A DNA stretch of 64,000 nucleotides, taken from Capsulimonadales bacterium. GTDB lineage: Bacteria; Armatimonadota; Armatimonadia; Armatimonadales; Armatimonadaceae. The notes under the pieces were generated by a model. It ran no database searches. It had not been told where the DNA came from and saw only the letters and a list, made by a program, of their open reading frames with translations. The stretch is taken from contig JANRLW010000069.1 in NCBI GenBank assembly GCA_033762295.1, positions 120,110 through 184,109 on the forward strand, written 5' to 3'. Shown piece after piece: positions 58,597 through 64,000 of the stretch (the stretch's first letter is position 1; every line of letters begins with the position of its first letter). The position numbers and the translations under genes are program-made.

Positions 58597-60933
58597 CTAC
58601 ACTCGGAGTCCGTTCCCGGTCCACCGCGGGAACCGGATCGTCACCTGAGCGCCGTTCGGTTCCCGGTTTGAGAAGGATATGCTGCCGCCCAGATTGTGAT
58701 CCGTCATCATCACCACCAGATCCAGGCCCGTATTGGCCCGCTGCGCCACGTCGAAATCGGGCGGAAAACCCGGCCCGTCATCCGCGACCCGAAGATACAC
58801 AACGGAATCGTCGACCGTCAAAGTGACGTCCGCCGTACCATTGCCGTGTTTGAATGCGTTCGACAGCAGTTCGCTGGTAATGGTCGCCAGTGCCGTCGCC
58901 GCCCGCGCCGGAAGGCGGATGTCCTCGATTCGATGACGGATGGAGATCATCTGCACCCGGGCCAGCATCTCGATCAACCGGTGAAGGAGCGGAAGGATCG
59001 AGACGTCTCCCGACCCTTGGCTCTCGCCCGCCTGATCGGTCAACAGGTCGTGAACCGTCGCCAGAGTCATGACATGGGTTTTCAGACGATCAAAGACCCG
59101 TTCGGAATCCGGGCCGGTCGTTCCGTTTCCGCTGATGGCATGAATTTCGATCAGCGCGGCGACCGTCTGAAGGTTGTTTTTGACCCGATGATGCGTCTCG
59201 CGCATCATGCGGACCAGTTCCTGGTTGAGCCGTCGTATCTCCTCCTCGCGACGCTTGCGCTCCGTGATGTCGAGAATGAACCCCTCAAATCGTACCGGCG
59301 TCCCGTCGGCATCGTAGTACGCATGTCCGCGCGCCATGATCCATCGTTCGTTGCCATCCCGTAGGCGGATTCGATACTCCTCGCGGTATTCGGCCTGGCG
59401 TTCGATTGCCATCCGAACCGATTGCGCCACGCGGTCGCGGTCTTCCGGGTGTATCCGATCTACCGTCAACTCGTGGGTCACGGAAACGTCGGGCGGGAAG
59501 TCGAAAATGCGCTTCCCGCCCTCGGACCAGATCAACTCGTCGGCTGCGATGCTCCAGTGCCATGTTCCGAGCTCCCCGCCCTCCACGGCCAGGCGGAGCC
59601 GTTCCTCACTGGCGCGCATCGCGGCCTCGACACGATCTCTCTCCTTGACGCTGGCGACGTAACGGGAGATGATCTCCATGAACTCGACATCCGCAACGTC
59701 GAACGCCGAACGGCGTCGAGACCCGAACGAGAGAGTGCCGATCAGCCGGTCACGGACGATCAACGGGTGGCAGCAGTAGGCGCGAATGCCGATCTCCCGC
59801 ACCATTTCCGCCATCGCTCCGCCGCCTCCCTGCTGGATGTCCCGGATATTGTGGGGACGCCGGGTCTTCGCGGTGACGCCGCAGATACCGTCCCCCAGGG
59901 AAAGACGCGCCAGGGTGGTTTCGACTTCGGGGGAGACGCCCGCGCTGGCTTCCAGTTGCAATGTGGAATCGTCGATCAGCCCGAACTGAAAGAAGACGTC
60001 CGCTTCCAGGTGGACCGCAATCCGGGCGTGGATTCCCTTGATCATCGCCGAGGATTCCTGAGGGGTGAGGAGATCGGCGGCGATTTCGGAAAGGAGACGC
60101 TGTCGTTCCAGCTGGATTTGCAGGGCGATCTCGTTGAGTTTCTGTCCGGTAATATCCTGTACGGTACCGACCAGACGCAGCGGACGTCCGGACTCGTCAA
60201 AAAAGGTCCGGCCCGTGGCATACAGCCAGCGGACCTTGCCCCCGTCCGCCAGACCGACCGTCCGGTATTCGGCCTGGAACTCGCCGTTAGCCGGGTCGAG
60301 CCCTCGCTCTACCAGGGAAGCGATCCGTTCGCGGTCCTCCGGATGAACGCCCGACCAGAACGTATCGATCGTAATATTCTCCGCCTCCGGAGGAAGTCCG
60401 AAAAGCGCCTTACATTGTGTGTCCCAGATCAGGTCTCCGGTTACGACGTTAAAGTCGTGCAGACCCAATCGGCCCGCCTCCTGAGCGATCCGGAGTCGGT
60501 TTTCGCTTTCCACGAGTCGATTTTCGGCGCGTCGACGCTCCGAAAGGTCGGATACCAGAGCGAGTCCGGCGACAAATCGGCCCTTTTCGTCGAGGATAGG
60601 ATTACTGGAAACGAGCGTAAAAAGCTCCGAACCGTCCTGACGTCGCCACCGAACTTCAATCTGAGCCGCGACGCCGCTTTTGCGCTCGGCGAAGGAAATT
60701 TGATATCGGGGGATGTCCTCCGGAAAAACGAAATCGAACGCGGAACGGCCCACCATCTCTTCCGGGGTGAAACCGAGCATCTTCGCCATCCGGGGATTGA
60801 CATATACCGTGGCCGCGCCCGGATCGATCAACCAGACACCTTCATGCGCTTGCTCCACGATCAGACGAAAAAACCGGTGGTGGTCGCCTTCTGTCCCTGC
60901 AAGATCTCCGTCTTTTGGTTCCATGTTGCGCAT
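58597..60933 (-). CDS. PAS-PAS-GAF-PAS sensor histidine kinase (HisKA_2 type)
   Basis: PAS/PAC repeats; ETHHRVKNNLQ; ELLSNAFKH, DDGPG. Confidence 0.9.
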   Translation of the reverse strand: MRNMEPKDGDLAGTEGDHHRFFRLIVEQAHEGVWLIDPGAATVYVNPRMAKMLGFTPEEMVGRSAFDFVFPEDIPRYQISFAERKSGVAAQIEVRWRRQDGSELFTLVSSNPILDEKGRFVAGLALVSDLSERRRAENRLVESENRLRIAQEAGRLGLHDFNVVTGDLIWDTQCKALFGLPPEAENITIDTFWSGVHPEDRERIASLVERGLDPANGEFQAEYRTVGLADGGKVRWLYATGRTFFDESGRPLRLVGTVQDITGQKLNEIALQIQLERQRLLSEIAADLLTPQESSAMIKGIHARIAVHLEADVFFQFGLIDDSTLQLEASAGVSPEVETTLARLSLGDGICGVTAKTRRPHNIRDIQQGGGGAMAEMVREIGIRAYCCHPLIVRDRLIGTLSFGSRRRSAFDVADVEFMEIISRYVASVKERDRVEAAMRASEERLRLAVEGGELGTWHWSIAADELIWSEGGKRIFDFPPDVSVTHELTVDRIHPEDRDRVAQSVRMAIERQAEYREEYRIRLRDGNERWIMARGHAYYDADGTPVRFEGFILDITERKRREEEIRRLNQELVRMMRETHHRVKNNLQTVAALIEIHAISGNGTTGPDSERVFDRLKTHVMTLATVHDLLTDQAGESQGSGDVSILPLLHRLIEMLARVQMISIRHRIEDIRLPARAATALATITSELLSNAFKHGNGTADVTLTVDDSVVYLRVADDGPGFPPDFDVAQRANTGLDLVVMMTDHNLGGSISFSNREPNGAQVTIRFPRWTGNGLRV

Positions 60934-61135
60934 TGAACGTCATACCTGTTCGTCAGGACACCGGGGGCGCTTGGCGGATGGAATAAAAATCCGGCGCGGC
61001 TCCGAAACGGAGTTCCTATCCATTTCGGCGAATCCGACCTTGTTCGGCTATTATACCGCCATTCTCCGGCGAAATGGGGAGGAGGTCAATAGCGCCCTTG
61101 CCACCATTTCGTCAGGAAAATGGGTATGCTCTTGA

Positions 61136-61378
<243 letters not shown>

Positions 61379-61500
61379 GTATTGTACGGCAGATGAATCT
61401 GCAACTCACACGTGACCGTAAAGACGAATCCTGTTTCCGATTGTAGGTGAGAAGGCATAGTAACATCAGACTCAAACACTCAAAAAGGATTCAAGTCTTT

Positions 61501-62313
61501 ATGCTCGCCACCTTTATCTCAGACGTTTTCAGAAAGTCGGAGATTGAACAAATTGCCTTCGCACTTGATGACCTCTGTGACCCACGTCGTAACTTTGGTT
61601 GGGCATCTGCGGGACTATACTGCTTCTGGGATATTCAGTCGAAGGAAATTTATTACATTGGTTTAGCAGTCGATCTCGCCCAGAGATTCAGGCAACACAC
61701 GGGTCTGATACCCTGCGATGAGAAGGGCTGTAAAATTCAGCAAATAACCAAACACTTTGATTCTAATGAGTTGATTGGCTACACCATTTTTGTTCAATCT
61801 TACCGTTCCCAACCTCTTGTTGCTCGGATCGCACAGGAACAGCGAATGTCAGTTAAGGATTACGAAACTGAATATGGCTCATGGACAACGCAGGGTGAAG
61901 ATGAGATTCGCTTGATTGAGGGGCTTCTAATCGAGGCGCATCGAAAGCAAGGCAAGCACCCTGTGTGGAACAAAATCGGCGGTTCCAAAGAAGGCGCAGC
62001 AATACAGTATCCGAGTGCCGACATACTTCTCAATTTCCTGAACGGAACCAATTCTGGTCCTCTGCTCGCGCGATCAACTTTGCGTGAATTGGTCACTGCC
62101 GATGAGGACGAAATGTACGAGGAGATTATCCTGCACGTGATGCGGCTAAATATGCTTCGTATCGGAATGGATTACAATACCGCGTTTGCGAATGTAGATG
62201 ATATGACGGGGTTACGGGCACGGATACTTGAAGTAGACTACCTTAATAAAGTGCCTGACTTAACGGGGACTCGCCAGTACGAACTCGCTGGGAACGAACT
62301 TCGCGCTTTATAG
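61501..62313 (+). CDS. GIY-YIG nuclease family protein
   Basis: GLYCFWD...IYYIGLAVDLAQRFRQH; later IEGLLI and WN. Confidence 0.8.
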   Translation: MLATFISDVFRKSEIEQIAFALDDLCDPRRNFGWASAGLYCFWDIQSKEIYYIGLAVDLAQRFRQHTGLIPCDEKGCKIQQITKHFDSNELIGYTIFVQSYRSQPLVARIAQEQRMSVKDYETEYGSWTTQGEDEIRLIEGLLIEAHRKQGKHPVWNKIGGSKEGAAIQYPSADILLNFLNGTNSGPLLARSTLRELVTADEDEMYEEIILHVMRLNMLRIGMDYNTAFANVDDMTGLRARILEVDYLNKVPDLTGTRQYELAGNELRAL

Positions 62314-62347
62314 CTGGCATGGTGGCTTTTGTGGTTCTCATATTTGA

Positions 62348-62391
62348 AAGCAGGAGAGGGAGAATCAGAATAAAATCTCCCTCTCCTGCTT
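62348..62391. terminator. Hairpin between the convergent GIY-YIG and recombinase genes
   Basis: 16-bp stem AAGCAGGAGAGGGAGA / TCTCCCTCTCCTGCTT. Confidence 0.7.
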
Positions 62392-62442
62392 CTTATTACA
62401 TCCCTATACCTTATGACTACGAGTGAAGCACTGTCACGAGCG

Positions 62443-64000
62443 TCACGGGAGACCAGGGCAACGATTCTCCACCAGAGTCTTGAGATTGGCCTTCACCTCT
62501 CGCGGGATCGGATGTGTCCCCAACGGTTCGCCATTCTTCCCGTACATCATCATGCGTCTCGCCTTCAGCGGGTGCGCGTCCAGAACCCCGTACAGCACGT
62601 CTTTGTTCTGCCGCGCCCAGGAGCCATGCTTGGCGAACCACTCTGCTTTCAGGTTCCGAGCCGCCTTGCCGCGATAGTTAGTCCGGCGCAGACCGAGAAC
62701 GTCGCGGGCGTGTCGCTCGATGACCAAGAACGGCATCCCAGGAAAGTGCTTTTCGATAGTCGCCAACCTCAGCGTCGGGCGATTGTAATTCTTGATGAGC
62801 CAAGCGTTCTGGGTGTCGCTGAACGTAAATCGCTCGTGACTCTTCCCTCGCCACGTCACCAGATAGAACTGCTTGTTTACCCAGCGGCAGGAGACAATTA
62901 CCTCTTGCACCTTCGAGTTGTTCTCGGCGGCGACCGTGAAGTAGTCCACGACCTGCTGCAAAATCGCGTTCCCGCGCTCCACCTTCGCGGGTTCATCGAA
63001 AAACTGCTGCCAGTTCTCAGCGGCACGAAGGGCATCCTCCACCAAAGATTCATCCACGGTATCGGTCAGCATCGTATTGACACGCTCTATCTCGACGGTA
63101 ATCTCCGCGATTTGTCGGTCGAATGTTTTTACCGCCTCATTGTGTCTCTGGCGGGCGCGGGCAATGAGTGGTGGCGACTTGATGTTCTTCAAAGTATCGG
63201 TGAACTCGCGCTCCGTCAGATCGTAACGCTCCAGCGTCTCGTCCTGATTCGCTTCCAACGCTGCCTTTCGTTGAAGAAGGGCCGACCTCTCCGCGTCGGA
63301 TAGGCGTGCGCCGATCATCTCAGCCAGAGTGCCGTCCTGCCTCAGTCCCGCCAAAACCTCCTGTACATGATGGTTCAGCACCTTGTAGACACGGCCATCG
63401 GCACCAATGGTGATACAGTCCTCCTGGGTACGGTCGCGCTGACTTTCACCTGGACAGCGGATGCCGTCGAACTCGCGCTGGCTCGCCCCACGGATCATCC
63501 GATACCTCGGATTCGGCCCGACAAACTCCCGACCGTCCTTTGTCTGCGATGAGAACCCGTGCGAGGCGCAGAAGACGATCTTCTGGAACGGGGTGTATCG
63601 GCGCTGCTCAATCTTGCGTCCTCGTTTGCGTTCACAGCGCAGGTTCGGCTCAATCGCGGCAGAGTCATAGTTGCTGTCGCGGTAGCGGCGCAGGTCAATC
63701 GGGCATCGCATCTCAGCCAGTTTCCAGAACTCCTCCTCTGAAAGTCGCCAAGAAGCGTCTGGTTCCAAGTGGCGATATTCGGCAAAACCCTGGGCCATCT
63801 TCTCCTCCATCTGATTGGCGTCGAATAGAAGCCCTTTACTTCGATAAGCATCCAGCACTAACGCGGCATCGGGGATGGTTCTCATAAAAGCCTCATCAAA
63901 TCCTCGAACAAGCCGATGGTAAGGATGATGGCAGATGTACTTCACGCGCTCCGCTCGCTTGCGAAGAGCCGTGATATGGGCTTCAACGTCGGATTCGCGC
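62443..64000 (-). CDS. Large serine recombinase, C-terminal part (5' end outside the window)
   Basis: Frame open to the window edge; HLEP...LSEEEF (recombinase domain end), PFQKIVFCASHG...C...C (Zn ribbon), coiled coil, ILQQVVDYFTV. Catalytic domain not visible. Confidence 0.65.
   Translation of the reverse strand, partial: RESDVEAHITALRKRAERVKYICHHPYHRLVRGFDEAFMRTIPDAALVLDAYRSKGLLFDANQMEEKMAQGFAEYRHLEPDASWRLSEEEFWKLAEMRCPIDLRRYRDSNYDSAAIEPNLRCERKRGRKIEQRRYTPFQKIVFCASHGFSSQTKDGREFVGPNPRYRMIRGASQREFDGIRCPGESQRDRTQEDCITIGADGRVYKVLNHHVQEVLAGLRQDGTLAEMIGARLSDAERSALLQRKAALEANQDETLERYDLTEREFTDTLKNIKSPPLIARARQRHNEAVKTFDRQIAEITVEIERVNTMLTDTVDESLVEDALRAAENWQQFFDEPAKVERGNAILQQVVDYFTVAAENNSKVQEVIVSCRWVNKQFYLVTWRGKSHERFTFSDTQNAWLIKNYNRPTLRLATIEKHFPGMPFLVIERHARDVLGLRRTNYRGKAARNLKAEWFAKHGSWARQNKDVLYGVLDAHPLKARRMMMYGKNGEPLGTHPIPREVKANLKTLVENRCPGLP

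Overview
A GC-rich bacterial chromosomal segment. Three DUF1559-type prepilin proteins, a PEP-CTERM protein, a planctomycete-type cytochrome c protein and a DUF6785-like membrane protein suggest Armatimonadota or a similar lineage (inference). Most genes are housekeeping or accessory metabolism: sugar ABC transporter, citrate synthase, GH2 and clan GH-A glycosidases, mnmE, moaA/mog, pcm, transporters and a sensor kinase. Three mobile or selfish elements are visible. (1) An intein with a LAGLIDADG domain sits at the catalytic Cys of rtcB. (2) A tnpA-less IS200/IS605 element with intact TnpB spans 31860-33140; its ends, TCAT target motif and omegaRNA can be read from the sequence. (3) At the right edge, a lower-GC integrative element with a large serine recombinase and a GIY-YIG nuclease interrupts metY. 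Regulatory signals include a SARP-type direct-repeat promoter between a BTAD/STAND regulator and a small secreted protein, an autoregulated LacI-pilin-like-putative lyase operon, a probable internal start in an AraC-GyrI gene, and many leaderless-type promoters. No rRNA, tRNA or CRISPR array was seen. All product calls come from motif recognition by eye, not database searches.
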